A stretch of DNA of 64,000 bases from Paragordius varius. Its lineage: Eukaryota > Animalia > Nematomorpha. The DNA lies in assembly GCA_964247055.1 (NCBI GenBank), contig OZ176058.1, positions 372,001-436,000 on the forward strand. The letters are read 5' to 3'. Below, piece after piece: positions 1 through 14,329 of the stretch. The notes beneath the pieces are model-generated. The model ran no database searches and was not told the DNA's origin. It saw nothing but the letters and a program-made list of their open reading frames with translations. Made by a program: the position numbers and the translations under genes. How positions within the stretch are numbered: position 1 is the first letter of the stretch; each line of letters begins with the position of its first letter.

Positions 1-85
1 TCTCGACACCAATGATTGACAGCCACGTAGGAAACGAGTTTCAAGAAAATGCACGTATAAATCGTTAGGGTATAAACAGCTGCAA
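1..85 (-). CDS. DGAT1: DGAT1-A exon 6 (partial, [27 protein letters not shown])
   Basis: Reverse complement of 24860-24944 with 3 synonymous differences. Confidence 0.92.
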
Positions 86-3000
86 CTAAATTAAAATAAA
101 AATTTTAAAATTAAAAAATTTTTAAAAAAAAATATTTTTTTAATAAACTAATAAATATATTTTTAATAAAAATTACTATTTTTTAGAAATAAAATTAAGA
201 AAAAAATTTATTTTTTTTAAAAAAATAAAATATTTAAAAAAATATAATTTTTTATTTAGAGTTGAATAAAAAATTCTTTTTTAATAAATGAATAAAATAT
301 ACTTTTTTATATATATTAAATTTAAAATAATAATTTTTTAAAATTTAAAAATTTTATTTAATTAAAATAATAAATAATTTTTAAAAATAAAATAAAAATA
401 ATAATTTTTATATATATTTTTTTGTTTAGAATTTAATATAATTCAATTATTTAAAAAAAATATTTATTTAAAAAAAAATTTAAAAATTTATTTTTATTTA
501 AAATTAATATAAAATGTTTTAAAAAAAATGAAAATAAAATTTAATTAAAATAAAATTATTTTTTTTTAAAAAAATATTTAAAAAAACCAAAAAAAACTAA
601 TTTTATTTTAGAATTATAATTAAAAAAATGACTAATACTATTATTATTTAAAATAAAATAAGTTAATAATTTATTATTTAAAATTTTACCATAAAATATT
701 TTAATTTACCAAATTATAAAATAATTCAAAGATTGTATAAATATATATATATATATATATATTAAAGGAAAAATTTAAAATAATATAAAAGTGTAAATAT
801 TTTCTGAAATTTTATTTTTTAAAGCTTTTAAAAAAATTATTATTAATTGAATTTATGACAACAAAAGGCTTTTAAATTTTATATAAATTTCGAGAAAAAT
901 CTTTTTTATTAATTTTTTTAAAATATACGTTTCTCTAAATAATAGAAAATAAAAAAAATAAAAAAAATTTATAAATATCAGCTGTTTACTTGGATTTGGC
1001 CGAACCATCCAAACAATAACAGCTGGAAAAATTAAGACAGTTATTATATTCAAGGATTGTAGAATTAATCCAAATTTTTCGGGCATTTTATTCTAAAAAT
1101 AAAAATAATTATCTAAAAACAGCTGATATTTTGAAAAAAAATAAAATTTTAAATTTATAATAAATATTATAAATAAAAATTGTTATTCTATAAATATTAA
1201 AAATTTGATAAAAACACAGTTGATAATATTTGATAAAACAGCTGATTTATCACAATTTCACTAAAACTGCTTTGATTGCAAATTATGAAAAATTATATTA
1301 TAAAAATTAATAAATAATATTTAATATTCCCAGATATTAATAAATATATATAATATATATATCGTAGATGTAATTTTGGGTAATTAAAAAGCGAAAACAC
1401 ATATACTATGTTAATTTATAAAATAATAAAAAAATGTTTTAAACAGCTGATATTTTTAAAAAAAAAATTATATTATACTTTGGACATTAGTTTTTCCAGT
1501 GCAAAACAGATGAGAGGAAATGTATTTGAAACTAATATATATATAATTTGAAATAAAAAATTTAATATAATATATATATATATATAAATATATATATAAT
1601 TTGAAATAAAAAATTAAATTTATATTTATACATATATGTATATATAAATATATATATAATTTGAAATAAAAAATTAATTATATTTATAAATTTACCCTTA
1701 AACAATTCACTTTCACCTTAAAAAAAATTATTATATCAAAAACTAGTATATAATATAAAATATATCTTTATGGCGGATCTTTTCATCCTTTCAGTTTTTT
1801 TTCTTTAAAACAAGAATTTTTTTTATTTTTTAAATAGCATATCTAAAAATCTATAGGTAAGTTTAAATTAAAAAAAAACTCATAATTTATTTTAATGAAT
1901 TTAAATTGTAATTGGTTTAAACTATGTTTTATCACAAACATTTATTGTCAATTTTTTTAACAAACAAATATTTCTACATAAATTTCATAATCATGAGTTT
2001 TTAAAACTTTGTAAAACTTTTATAACTCTATTTGAAAAGTTTTTCAAACGTCATAAAATCATATGTTTTTAAGCAAAAATCACATCGCAATTTTTAAAAA
2101 AGAAAAGATTTTTTAAAAAAAAATTTTCACCAAATTTATAAAAATATTATTTTTTCATACATTTAAGCATAATAACCCATCAATATAAACCCACAAAAAT
2201 ATAGTTCTTTACCAAAAAATGTATTCAGTTCAATTTTACAAAAAACAATAAATACTTTTTCAATAAGATTTCAAAAAAAATATATTTTTTAAAAAAAATT
2301 TTTTTAAAAAAAATTTCCTCAAATATGTCAATCAAAAATCACATATGTTTTTCAATAACTTTTAAATCTTAATCACACATGTTTTTGCTAAACATATGTT
2401 TTTTCTATAACGCATATTCAAAACATATGTTTTAAATCATATGATTAGCGCATTCATACATAGGAACAGGCAAGTGCAGGGCCAATGATATGGATCCCGG
2501 AGGAAAAAGTATTAAATTTAATAAGATTTTCAATTTTTTTCGTAAAATATTTAATTTCAAAATTATAAAACATATATTATTTCACATACTTGAAAACATA
2601 ATAACGCATTAATATTAACCCATAAAAAGCATATAATTCCAAAAGATGCGTATTTTTTCTAAAATATATCTTTGTTTTAAAAAAACGTCCTCAAATCATA
2701 TATGTTTTCAAATCATATGTGGTTCTAAAATATATGTTTGTTTTTCAATAACTTTTAAAACTTTAAAATCACATATGTTTTCAAGCAACAATCATATGTT
2801 TTTTCAAACATCATATGTCTTTCAATAACTTCACATGTTTTTCGAAAATATTTGTTTCTTAAATATATCTTTGTGTCCCCAAATCATATGTGTTTTTCAA
2901 ATTCAATAACTTTATAAAACTTTTTTAACTCTCTTTTATTTATAAAATAACTTTAAAAATACATGTTTTTCGAAACATATGTTTTCAAGTAAAATCATAT

Positions 3001-6000
3001 GATTATCGCATTCATACATAGAAACAGGCAAGTGCATGGTCAATGATATGGGTCCCGGAGGAAAAAAAATATAAAATTTAACTTTTAAAACAGAAAATAT
3101 TTTTTATTGTTTTAAAAAAACGTTCCCAAATCATATGTTTTCCAATAATTTTTTCATTTTTTTCCATATTATATGTTTTCAAGCAAAAATCATATGTTTT
3201 CAAGCAAAAATCATATGTTTTCAAGCAAAAAATCATATATTTTCAAGCAAAAAATCATATGTTTTGCAAATAGAGTTTTAAAAAAACTTCCTCAAATCAC
3301 ATGTTTTTATGCAAGAACACATGCTTTCGAAACATATGTTTTCAAGCAAAAATCATATAATTAGCATTCATACATAGAAACAGGCAAGTGCAGGGCCAAT
3401 GATAAGGATCCCGGAGGAAAAAAGTATAAAATTTAATAAGATTTTCAAATTTTTTTCGTAAAATAGTTAATTTCAAAATTATAAAAACATATATGTTTTC
3501 ATACATGAAAACAAAAAACGCTTTATTTTAACCCCAAAAAATATATAATCCCGAAAAAATGCGCATATTTTTTGCTAAAATTTGTTTATTTTAAAAAAAC
3601 GTCATATATTTTTAAAATCTGTGTTTTTCAAACATCATGAGTTTTTCAATAACTTTTAAAACTTTCAAATCATATGTTTTAAAAAAAGCATCCTCAAAAC
3701 ATATATTATTTCAAAACATATGTTTATTAAACACATGTTTTCTAAACATATGTTTTTAAATCATATGATTAGCATTCATACATATAAACAGGCAAGTGCA
3801 AGGCCAATGATAAGGATCCCGGAGGAAAAAAGTAAGCCAAGCTATTGGATCCACCAGAATGCCATACTTTATCACATTCTCAAGAGCCAGTCTTGAATGG
3901 GAAACCACCTGATTTACATATGATAATTTTAAAAAAATTTATAAATATATATATATATATATATATAATATATATTATATAAATTTATTAGAATATCTAA
4001 AAAAATTAAAAAAAATTAATAAAAAAAATATAAATTTAATATTATTCAAAATAATATATTTTTTAAATTAAAAAATATCTATTTTTTTAGATTTTATCAC
4101 AAGTCTTGAATGGGAAACCACCTGATTAAATAAAAAATAAAAACTATTTTTTATATTATTATATTAAAATTAAATTATTAAAATTTGTTAAAAAAAATAT
4201 TTTTTTTATTATTTAAATTTATAAAATATCTAAAAACATAATTTTTTGAATTTTGAATTTTTAAAAAATAATAATTTTTTTTTTTAATTTTGAAATATTT
4301 TATATAATTTTGAAATAATTTAATATATATCTATATATATATATATATATAAATATTTTTCAAAATAATATATTTTTTAAATTTTTTAAAATATCCATTT
4401 TTTTTTTATTTTTTATCACATTCTCAAGGGCCAGTCTTGAATGGCTAACCACCTGATTATCATATGATAATTAATAAAAAAAATAATAAAAAAATATTTT
4501 TTTATTTTATTAAAAAATAAAAAAATAATATTTATAGTTTAAATTTGTTTATATTAAATAAAGTTTTTTATTTAACATATTTGTTGAATTTTCTAATTTG
4601 AATATTTTGAGGTAATTTAAAAAATTAATTTTGAAAAAGAATTATTTTTTTATATAATAAATTTGAGAAAATTTTGATTTGAATAATTTTGAAATAATTA
4701 TATATAAATATTTTTCAAAATAATATTTTTAAATTTTTAAAAATTATTAAAATTATATTTATCACATTCTCAAGAGCCAATCTTGAATGGCTAACCACCT
4801 GATTAATATTAAAAAAATTGAAAAAAATATAAAATAATAATTTTTTTTATTTTATTTAAAGTTAAAAATCAAAAAAAAATTTATATATTAAATTTACTAA
4901 TTTTATAATTTTTAAATTATTAAAATAACTAAAAAAATAATTTTGATTCTAAATTTGAATTATTTTTAAAATAAAAAATTTATATAAATTAAAAATAATA
5001 AAAATAATATATGAATTGTGTAAAAAATTTACAAAAAATACAAAATAAAATAATCATAAAAAATATTTCCATATTTTAATCACATTCTCAAGAGCCAGTC
5101 TTGAATGGCTAACCACCTGATTAAAATAAAAAAAATTAAAATTAAAAAAATTAATAATATTAATAAATATAAAAAAATAGTTTTTTTTATAATTTATATT
5201 TTTTATAAATTATAAATAAAAAAATAGTTTTTTTATCATACTTTTTTGGATTTTTTAATTTAAATAATTTTGAGGTAATTTAAAAAATTAATTAAAAAAA
5301 TTTTTTAAAATAAATTTCAAAAATTAATTTAAAACTTAAAATATTTTCGAAAAGTATAATTATATTTATAATATTTTTTAAAATAAAATTTTTTAAATTT
5401 TTTTTAAAAAGAAGTTAAAAATTTTTTTTATCTTTATTTCACATTCTCAAGGGCCAGTCTTGAATGGCTAACCACCTGATTAACATATGATAATTTAAAA
5501 AAAAAATTTTTTAAATAAAAAAATTTATATAATAAAATTTAAAAAAAAATTTTTATAAAATAAAAAATTATTTTTTAATTTATATTTTTTAAATTATTCA
5601 TTAAATTTAAAATTTGAAAATTTTGAAATAATTATTGAATTTATTATACTAAAAGAAATATATAATTGGAAAAAAAATTTATTCAATTATTATCCGAAAA
5701 TATAATTTTATTATTTTGGATAATTTTTAAAAAAATTAAATAATTTATATATAGATATTAATATAAAATCCTAAAAAAAATATATTTTAAATTAAAATAT
5801 AATAAATAAAATTCTATATCTTTCTTGAATGGGAAACCACCTGATTAAATAAAAAATAAAAAAAATTAATTTTGAAAGTTTATATAATAAAAATTAAAAT
5901 TTTAAAAAAATTAAATTATTTTAAAATAAAAATTAATTTTTAAAAATAATAATTTTTTAATTTAATTTTTTTAAATTTTGATATATTTTAAATATGTAAT

Positions 6001-8880
6001 AATTTTAATAATTTTTAAAAATTTATATATAAAAATAAATTTTTAAAAAATTGATTTTTTTTAAAATTTTATAAAATAAGAATTTAATATATATAAAAAA
6101 AAATTAAATTTTTTTAAATCAAAAATATCTGAAAATATAATTTTTTGGAATTTGAACAATTTTGAAATATATAAAAAATATTTTTATAGTTTTATCACAT
6201 TCTCAAGAGCCAGTCGAGAATGGGAAACCACCTGTTATTAAGAAATAAATAAATTAAAATTAAAAAAAGTAATAAAAAATAATTTATTTTTTAATATAAT
6301 TTTTTAAAAATATTTCTTTGATAATTTAAAATTTTATAAAATAATTTAAATTTATAAAATTTTTAAAACAAAAATGATTTTTATAAAAAAAATTTAATAT
6401 ATTATTCATAAAAAAAATTTTTTTTTAATTTAAATTTTTTAATTTGCATTTTGAAATAATTTACATAATTTTTAAATAATATAAAATTTTTTAATTTGAG
6501 TAATATTTTTTAATTTAAAAATTTTTAAAAATTATAATAAAAATTATTTTAATAATTATTAAAAAAATATTTTATCACATTCTCAAGGTCAAGTCTTGAA
6601 TGGGAAACCACCTGATTAAATAAAAAATAAAAAATTAAAATAATTTTTAAATAATTTATTTTTTATTTAGTTTTTTTAAAAATATTTCTTTGATATTTAA
6701 ATAATAATATTATATATAAATTAAAAAAAATAAATATTTTTTAATTAAAAAAATAAATATTTTAATTTGATAAATATTTTAAATAATTATTAAAAATTTA
6801 AATTTATATATAAATAAAAATAATATATACATTGGGAAGAGAAATAGTTAAAAAACATTTAAAATAAATGAATAATTTATTTTTTATTTTTATAAAATAA
6901 AAATTTAAAATTAATAATTTTGAAATAATTTAAATTTAGAAACATATATATATAAAATATGATATTTGACAAATTTTTAAAAAAAAAATTTTTTTAAATT
7001 TATTTTTTATTTTTTAAATTTATTTTTTCATTTTTTAAATTTATTAAAGAAATTTTTTTTTTATAATTTTAATTTTTTTAATTTGCATAGATTTGAAATA
7101 AATTAAAGTCAAAAAATTTATTTTAAAAATTATTTCTATATTTTATGACATTTTTAAGGGCCAGTCTTGAATGGGAAACCACCTGATTAACATATGATAA
7201 TTTAAAAAAAAATTTAAATAATTTAAAATATTTTTTTTAATTTGAATAATTTTTTAATAAATAAAAAAATATTTTTTGCATTTATTTTTATTATAATTTT
7301 TAAAAAAATAAAAAAAATATATTTTTTTTTAATATTTGAAAAATTATAATTAAAATAAATTAAATAATTTTGAAATAATTTAAAATTATAAAATATCTAA
7401 AAAAATTTAAAAAATAAAATTTCTTTATATATCAATATATATTAGGAAACGACCTAAAAAGATATTTTTCATAAAAAATTATTAAATTAAGAAATAATTT
7501 TTTAAGAAAAAATTTTTATAAAATAAGAATTTAAAATATTTTTTTAAAATTAAAATAATTTTTTATTAAATAAATTATTTAAAATATATAAATAATTTAA
7601 AATTACAAGTTTTTTACCTAAATTAAAATATGTATTAAATATTTTAAATAAATTAAATTACAAAAAAAATAATTATATTTTGTGAATAATTTATAAATAT
7701 TAAAATTTTTTATATTTTTAAAAAGGAATATTAATTTTAAAAATGTATATTATTTTTTTAAATTATTTATTTAATTAATTATTATATTTTTTATTTAAAA
7801 TAAATTAATAAATAATATTTATTTTTAATTAAATATATATATTTTTTAATTTAAAATTATTTATTTTATTTATTTTTAAATATTACATAAAATAAATATT
7901 TTTACCAATAAAATCATGGCGAGATTAAACAGCCCTCTATAATTTGCAAAACCGCTTGAACTTGTAAACAAGGAGTCTTTTGCTGAATGAACTCTAAAAT
8001 GAAAATATAAAAATTATTTTTAAAAAAATATCAAAAAAAATAATTATTTTAAAATATATTTTTTAAAAAAATTAAAATAATTTATTATTTTATAAAAATT
8101 AATTTTAAATTCATAATTTGTATAAATTTAGATATTTAATAGTTTACTAAATAATTTAATACTTTTTAATTTAAATAATTTAAAAAATTATATTATAATT
8201 AAAATTAAAATAAAATAATTATAATTAACCAATAAATGCATAAATATAAATAAAAATTTAGAAATAATTATTAAAAATAACAATTAAACAAAATGAAGCT
8301 TTTTTAAAAAAATTAAAAGTAAAAAAAATTATATTAATAATTTATTTAAAACTTTAATATAAATAATATATTTTTTAACATTTAAAAATTTATTAAATTT
8401 TAATTTAAATAAATAAAAGAAAATAAAAAAATTATATATTTAAATTTTTTTTAAAAATAAAATTTAATAAAAAATAAAATCATAAAAAAAAACTTAAAAA
8501 ACCAAAAAAACTAAAAAAACTAAAAAATATAATTTAATAAAATCCAAAAAAAATAAATTTATTTAAAAAAAAATTTTTTTATAAATTAAAATCTCCAAGA
8601 AAAACTTTCGTTCTTTCCGAATTTTAAATTTTTTTATAAAACTGCCAAAAATTATAATATGAAAAAATAAATTTATTTAAAATAAATTTTTTCAAAAAAT
8701 TATTTAAATATAAAAAAAAAATATTTTTTTTTAAAAATTTAAAATTTCCAAGAAAAACTTTCGTTCTTTCCGATTTATTCGAGGTTTTTTCCGAACTTTT
8801 TTGAGTTCATCGCCATCTTTCACAGCTGATCTTGAATCAAGATTTTGAGTTTTTAAATCTTTTTCTTGATTTAAAGACAT
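1..8880 (-). CDS. DGAT1: DGAT1 copy A, 5' part (exons 1-6), running off the left edge
   Basis: Exons 8759-8880, 7906-7993, 3782-3908, 1479-1531, 990-1092 and <1-85 are reverse complements of copy-B exons with the same lengths, intact splice sites, no stops and mostly synonymous differences. Confidence 0.9.
990..1092 (-). CDS. DGAT1: DGAT1-A exon 5
   Basis: Coding part of ORF 853..1086; 6 differences from B, 5 of them synonymous. Confidence 0.92.
1479..1531 (-). CDS. DGAT1: DGAT1-A exon 4
   Basis: Identical to B exon 4. Confidence 0.92.
2050..3780 (-). repeat. Array of 3'-half-exon-3 + donor copies in DGAT1-A intron 3, with CATATG-rich subrepeats
   Basis: cattcatacata..caggcaagtgca..ccaatgat..gg.tcccggaggaaaaa at about 2450, 3010 and 3365; 21-bp atatgttttcaagcaaaaatc tandem at about 3170-3260. 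Confidence 0.92.
3782..3908 (-). CDS. DGAT1: DGAT1-A exon 3
   Basis: [42 protein letters not shown]; AG/GT intact. Confidence 0.93.
4090..7200 (-). repeat. Array of ~9 acceptor + 5'-half-exon-3 copies in DGAT1-A intron 2
   Basis: Motif (a)tcacattctcaagagccagtcttgaatgggaaaccacctg recurs at about 4100, 4420, 4765, 5085, 5445, 5825, 6195, 6575 and 7150, separated by AT-rich spacers of about 300-600 bp. Confidence 0.92.
7906..7993 (-). CDS. DGAT1: DGAT1-A exon 2
   Basis: One synonymous difference from 18924-19011 (GCA/GCC). Confidence 0.93.
8759..8880 (-). CDS. DGAT1: DGAT1-A exon 1 (MSLNQEKDLK...RINRKERK)
   Basis: 122 nt like copy B, with compensating codon indels; same donor. Confidence 0.8.
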
Positions 8881-8975
8881 TTTTTGATTTTCTAAAATGA
8901 TTGAAAAATTTTGAATATTGTTTGATATTTTGTTTCAAAAAATATCTAAAAAAATATAAAAAAAATGTTTAAATA

Positions 8976-9210
8976 GAGTAAAAATTGAAATTATACGGAC
9001 AAAACGTTCAAATATAAAGACAAATCATTTTTTAAGAAAACTCTAACTTTTTTAAACCTTAATTTTTGATATATAAAATATTGTAAAGTTTAAAATAATG
9101 ATTTATACTTAAAAAAATCAAGATTTAAAAAGTATGGGGGGTTGTCTTTTAAAAAATAATATTTGTCTTTATAGTTTTACGTTTTGTCCGTATAATTTCA
9201 ATTTTTACTG
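8976..9210. mobile_element. MITE family 1 (Tc1/mariner-like, CAGT termini)
   Basis: TIR (c/g)agtaaaaattgaaattatacggacaaaacg ... cgttttgtccgtataatttcaatttttactg, TA-flanked, no ORF. Confidence 0.85.
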
Positions 9211-9216
9211 TATATA

Positions 9217-9883
9217 TACCATTTACACTTCAAGAGTGTCCTTGAACAATTCAAGTTGGTCCTTGAACAATTCAAGTTGGTCCTTGAACAATTCAAGTTG
9301 GTCCTTGAACAATTCAAGTTGGTCCTTTAACTTTTTTGTTTTGTTTTTAACTTTTATCAATCAAATCGAAAATAATTCGTCTATTTTATTGTTTTTAACC
9401 TATTTTCTATTATTTAACATAAATTTTAAATCGATATCAACTTTTAATCTTTGAGAAACCGTATATCTTAATTAATTTCTTAAAATAATTTCAGATTTTT
9501 ATAAGATTTTAACACGAAATGAAAAATAAATAAGTTTTCTGAGTTTTTAATTAAAATTTTTCATTAAAAACATTTAAAAGTCAAAAATTTTGTTCAATTG
9601 AAAAAAAAATAGTTTGAAACAAAAAGTGGTTTTTCAAAAAAAATTATTTTAGATGAATAAATATATAATAAATAAAGAAAATTAGGTTAATAAATAATAA
9701 AACAAAAAAATAAATGCAAAAATTATGGTTAAATCAAAATTTATAAATTTTAAGGACCAACTTGAATTGTTCAAGGACCAACTTGAATTGTTGAAGGACC
9801 AACTTGAATTGTTCAAGGACCAACTTGAACTGTCCAAGGACCAACTTGAATTGTTCAAGGACACTCTTGAAGTGTAAATGGTA
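9217..9883. mobile_element. Foldback MITE family 2, divergent subfamily (21-bp subterminal unit ccttgaacaattcaagttggt)
   Basis: Termini TACCATTTACA...TGTAAATGGTA; 4-5 tandem 21-mers at each end in inverted orientation. Confidence 0.88.
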
Positions 9884-11594
9884 TAATTTTTAATAATATA
9901 ATATATGCTTTTCTTCAAAAATTAGTTCTTTGATTAACTGTAATATTGTTTGATTAAAAAAACTTAATTTTTTATATTTCATGCTCCTATTTATAACAAA
10001 TATATCCAAATATGTCAAAACAAGCTTTTTATTAAATAATGTCAATTTTTAACATTGGACTAAAACAATGTGCTCATACAAAATTATTAATAATTATTTT
10101 TATTATTACAGTAAAAATTGCATGATTTTACGGATGAAACGTTAAAAATATAAAAACAAATATTATATCTAAAAGACAAAACAACCAACCATACTTATAA
10201 ATACCTTAATTTTTCTCATATAAGCTATTTAGTTACAATATTTATATAGAATCGATTATGTTACCAATATACATCTCTATTTCTTTGCCATTTAAAACAA
10301 TGAGTTTTAAAGAGTATGGTTGTCTTTTAGAAAAAAATATCTTTATATTTTTACGTGGAAAATGATGAATTAAATATTTCTTGGTCAGCACAACCCTAGT
10401 TATGGCCTTTTCTATAATATTATAAATTATGTTTTGTACGCAGTGTGTATTCACAATATGAGATAGACTGTATATATTAATTTTTAACCTTTTTGTTGCC
10501 TCTTAATAAAAAAGATGGCATATTTTAACTAAGAATAGAATATCTATCATATTTTACAAATTAAGTAATATATAAAAGTTGATAACATGAAATATTAAAT
10601 ATACCCTCCCATAAAATATAAGTATTATTGAAAAAAATTATATACTATTTTTTGTAATTCAATATAAAATAATATTAATATTATTTTCCATTCTTTCACG
10701 GCACCAATGAAAAAGTGTTTTAATTAATAATTTTTGCCTTTTTGCAAAATATTTCATATCCATAATTTTACAAAAAATATTTTTATTTTTTATTAAATAC
10801 CTTTAGCACAGTTCTTAGATAACTGAAACGTTACAGTTCAGGTCAAAAAATATTTTTTTACTATACATTTATAGAGTAATAATTGAAATTATACGGACAA
10901 AAGGAAAAAATGGAATATTTTTTTCTAAAAAACAACCATACTTTTTAAAACCTATATTGTTTTTCATATAAGGTACTTAATTACAATGTAAAATATAAAA
11001 TTGATTGTGTTAGTATTATACATCTCTATTTCACACTTTGCCATTTAAAACAAAATGAGTTATATTGAAATAAATCACGATTTAAAAAGTTGTCTTTTAT
11101 ATAAACATATATGTCTTTATATTTTTACATTTTATCCGTGTATAATTTTGATTTTATTGTATTTAAGAAATTCAATTTAAAAACCTAGTTTTCATAATAT
11201 AATCTATTGTTTGAGTTGCTTATTAAAAAAAAGATATATTGGTAATACTCTTAAACATATATTTTATAATTTGTTATTTTGGGTTTTAAAGGAAAAACTA
11301 AGGATCAAAATATATTTTTAAAAAAATTATTTTCCTTTAGTCTTAAAAATTATATAAATTCATTATAAAGATGGCATAATTATATTTAAAATAAATTAAA
11401 TATTTAAATTAAAATTAGTTAAATTTATATCTTTTAAAAAAATAGTAGGCAAGCTGGATTATAAAAGATATTATTTTAATAAAATTATAGCATTTTTTTC
11501 GATGGAGAATTTAATTAGATATCAAATTATATTTTTTATAAATTTGTTTCTATCTTCTGCGCCGATTTCGATATTGGTGAAATCTTGGCTATTA

Positions 11595-11941
11595 CGGTCA
11601 TGTATCCTTTATTTTATTAAAAATTTATTTTTTTTCGTTAAATCAGTATAAATATTTGTTAAAAATAAGAGCTCTATGGTATTAACAATATCATATTCTG
11701 CCAAAAAAGTATAAGAATTATACAGTCATGTATCCTTTATTTTATCAAAATTTTTTTTTTACTTATATGGGTATAAATATTTGGTAAGGAATTGAAAAAA
11801 TAAGAGCTCTATGGTATTCACAATATCATATTCTGCCAAAAAAAGTATATTTACTATAGAGCTCTTGTTTTTTCCATTCTTTACCATCTCCCTATTTAAC
11901 GAAAAAAAATAAATTTTTCGAAAATAAAGGATATATGACTG
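11595..11941. mobile_element. MITE family 3, short form (TIR CAGTCATGTATCCTTTATTTTAT)
   Basis: TA-cggtcatgtatcc ... ggatatatgactg-TA; empty site at about 15705-15725. Confidence 0.85.
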
Positions 11942-14329
11942 TATTTACACTTTTTTAATTATATCTTAAATCATAAAAATTGCCCTTAAAATTGAAATTT
12001 ACAATTAAAATATAAAAAAACACATTTTTTAAGACCTTAATCCAAAATATATTATTTAGAAAAAATCTTTTATACGGAGTTTAAAGCATTCTTTTAATAT
12101 ATTTTTGCATTATAAAAAATTACAATAATTGAAATTATACGGAAGGACAAAACGTAAAAATATAAACACAATTTTTTGCTTAAAACACCCATATAAAAGA
12201 TGTATATTGGTAACATAATTTTTATATATTTTGAGCTTGTTGTTAAGTAGATTTATTAAGGGAATATTATAAAATACAATGTTTGTCTTTAAAAAAAACA
12301 TTTTTCTTTATATTTTAACGTTTTTGTCCGTATAAATTAAATTTTTACTGTACTAGCTATCAATTAATTTATTTAAAATACCATTTCTTCCTTTGTTGGG
12401 ATTAATCTATATAGTTTTTTAATTTTTGAATGAAATTCAAATATATTTAATATAATTTGTGCAAAATGATAAATTTCAAATTTCAGTAAAATTTATTTTA
12501 TTATTTCTATCCTTAATTTTAAACCAGATATAATGTTGTTTTAAATAAATACTTATTGGTTTTAATGTTATTGATGATTAAAGATTATAAATATAATTTA
12601 TACCATTTTGATTGTTTCAAATTTTAACTAGCTTTAAATATAATTAAAATATGATCTACTGATTAAATCAATCTAAAAATATATAACAAACTCAAATTTG
12701 AAATTTTAATTACAATTTAAAAAAATAATTTAATATACTGTGTAAACTAGATTTTCCATATCAAAATTTACTAAACTTTCAAAAATAAATACTTTAACGA
12801 ACAATAATAAATGAATTCCACGAAAACAGCTAATTTTTAAAATATCGGCATATTATTTTAAGAACACTGAGTGGTATGGATAAAAAATCAATTTTCCTGT
12901 AATGTTTTTGCCTTTAACTCAAAAATTATTTAATTATATATATAATGTTTTATGCTTAGTATATGTTTATAATATAAGGATTGACTGTATATAATATATT
13001 TTTCCTTTTTTATTGACTTTTTATTTGTAAAATAGATGGCATATTTATATAAAATTATCTGGAACTTAATACAATAGATAAAAATAAACATTAAAATATA
13101 TAGTAACTAATAGTTAAATGGCACAACCAAAAAAAAGAATAATCAAAAAATCTGAACCCAAAAAAAACAATAGATAAATAAATATATATATATATATATA
13201 TCAATAAATATAAAAATGAAATAAATACGCATCTTTAAAAGAATTTAGATTCGGAATATGTAATAAATTTCAAATAATTTTTGAATGTAAAATAAAAATT
13301 TTTTATTTAAAATTAAAATATTATAAAGGTAATTTCGCAAATTTTTTTGAATAATTGAATGTAAAAATTATAAAAATAATGAAGTTTAAAACCTTATATA
13401 ATAATATGATATTTACAGCCCCATCTTTTTTAGCTGATATAACTTTATGGCTAAAAATTTATTATATAAACCATTTACAATTCAAATTCACCCTTATACA
13501 ATTCAAATTCACCCTCAAATAAATAACATGTTTTTTAAGATTAAAAATTACCTATATATCTTATATATTTTTTAAAAATAAAATTTTGTTTAAAATTAAA
13601 ATATTACTTTAAAAAAGAATAAACTATACCATAAGCATATATTTCATATTAATAATGAGTTATATTAGTTCGAAAACACATAATTTATTTTTAGGGTGAA
13701 TTTGAACTGTAAATGAAATATTATAAATTACCCCATATAATTCGGTTTTAATAATGTTTAATCTATAAATTCGAATAAATATATAAATTAAAATAAAAAT
13801 TCCATGGATGTGGTTTTGTTACATATGTATATCAATACACATTTTTTATAATAAGGGACAATAAGCTATTTTTAAGAAAATTACAAACTTTTAATTATTA
13901 TTCGAAATTGTAAAATTTACTGTAGAAAAAACTAGGTAAAAATATTGTTATCTTTAAGAAAATAGTAAATTTTATTTTTTAATTTTAAATTTTAATTACA
14001 ATTGCTGTAAATAAGCTAGGAAAAATAAAAATTGTTTCAAAACAATTTGATTATATTTCAAGCAAATTTATAGTTATAGCAAATTGTCACGTCTAAAAAT
14101 AATTGAATATATATTGTAAGCTAAGTACCTATTTTAAATTGTAGTTTAAAATACTTAAACAATGACAGCTAAGTATTGAATTATCATCATATTATTGTAA
14201 AAGGACTGTGTTTTAGAAATAAATCAACTTTATTGTAATGTTTGCCTTTAACTCAAAAATTATTTTATGTTTTATAATGTTTTATGCGTAATGTGTACTT
14301 ACAAAATGAGGATTGACTGTATATATATA

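Noticed and set aside
9230-9330. Short direct repeats resembling a CRISPR array
   Set aside because: The repeats are contiguous with no unique spacers, form the inverted arms of a foldback element, and the DNA is an intron-containing eukaryotic locus.
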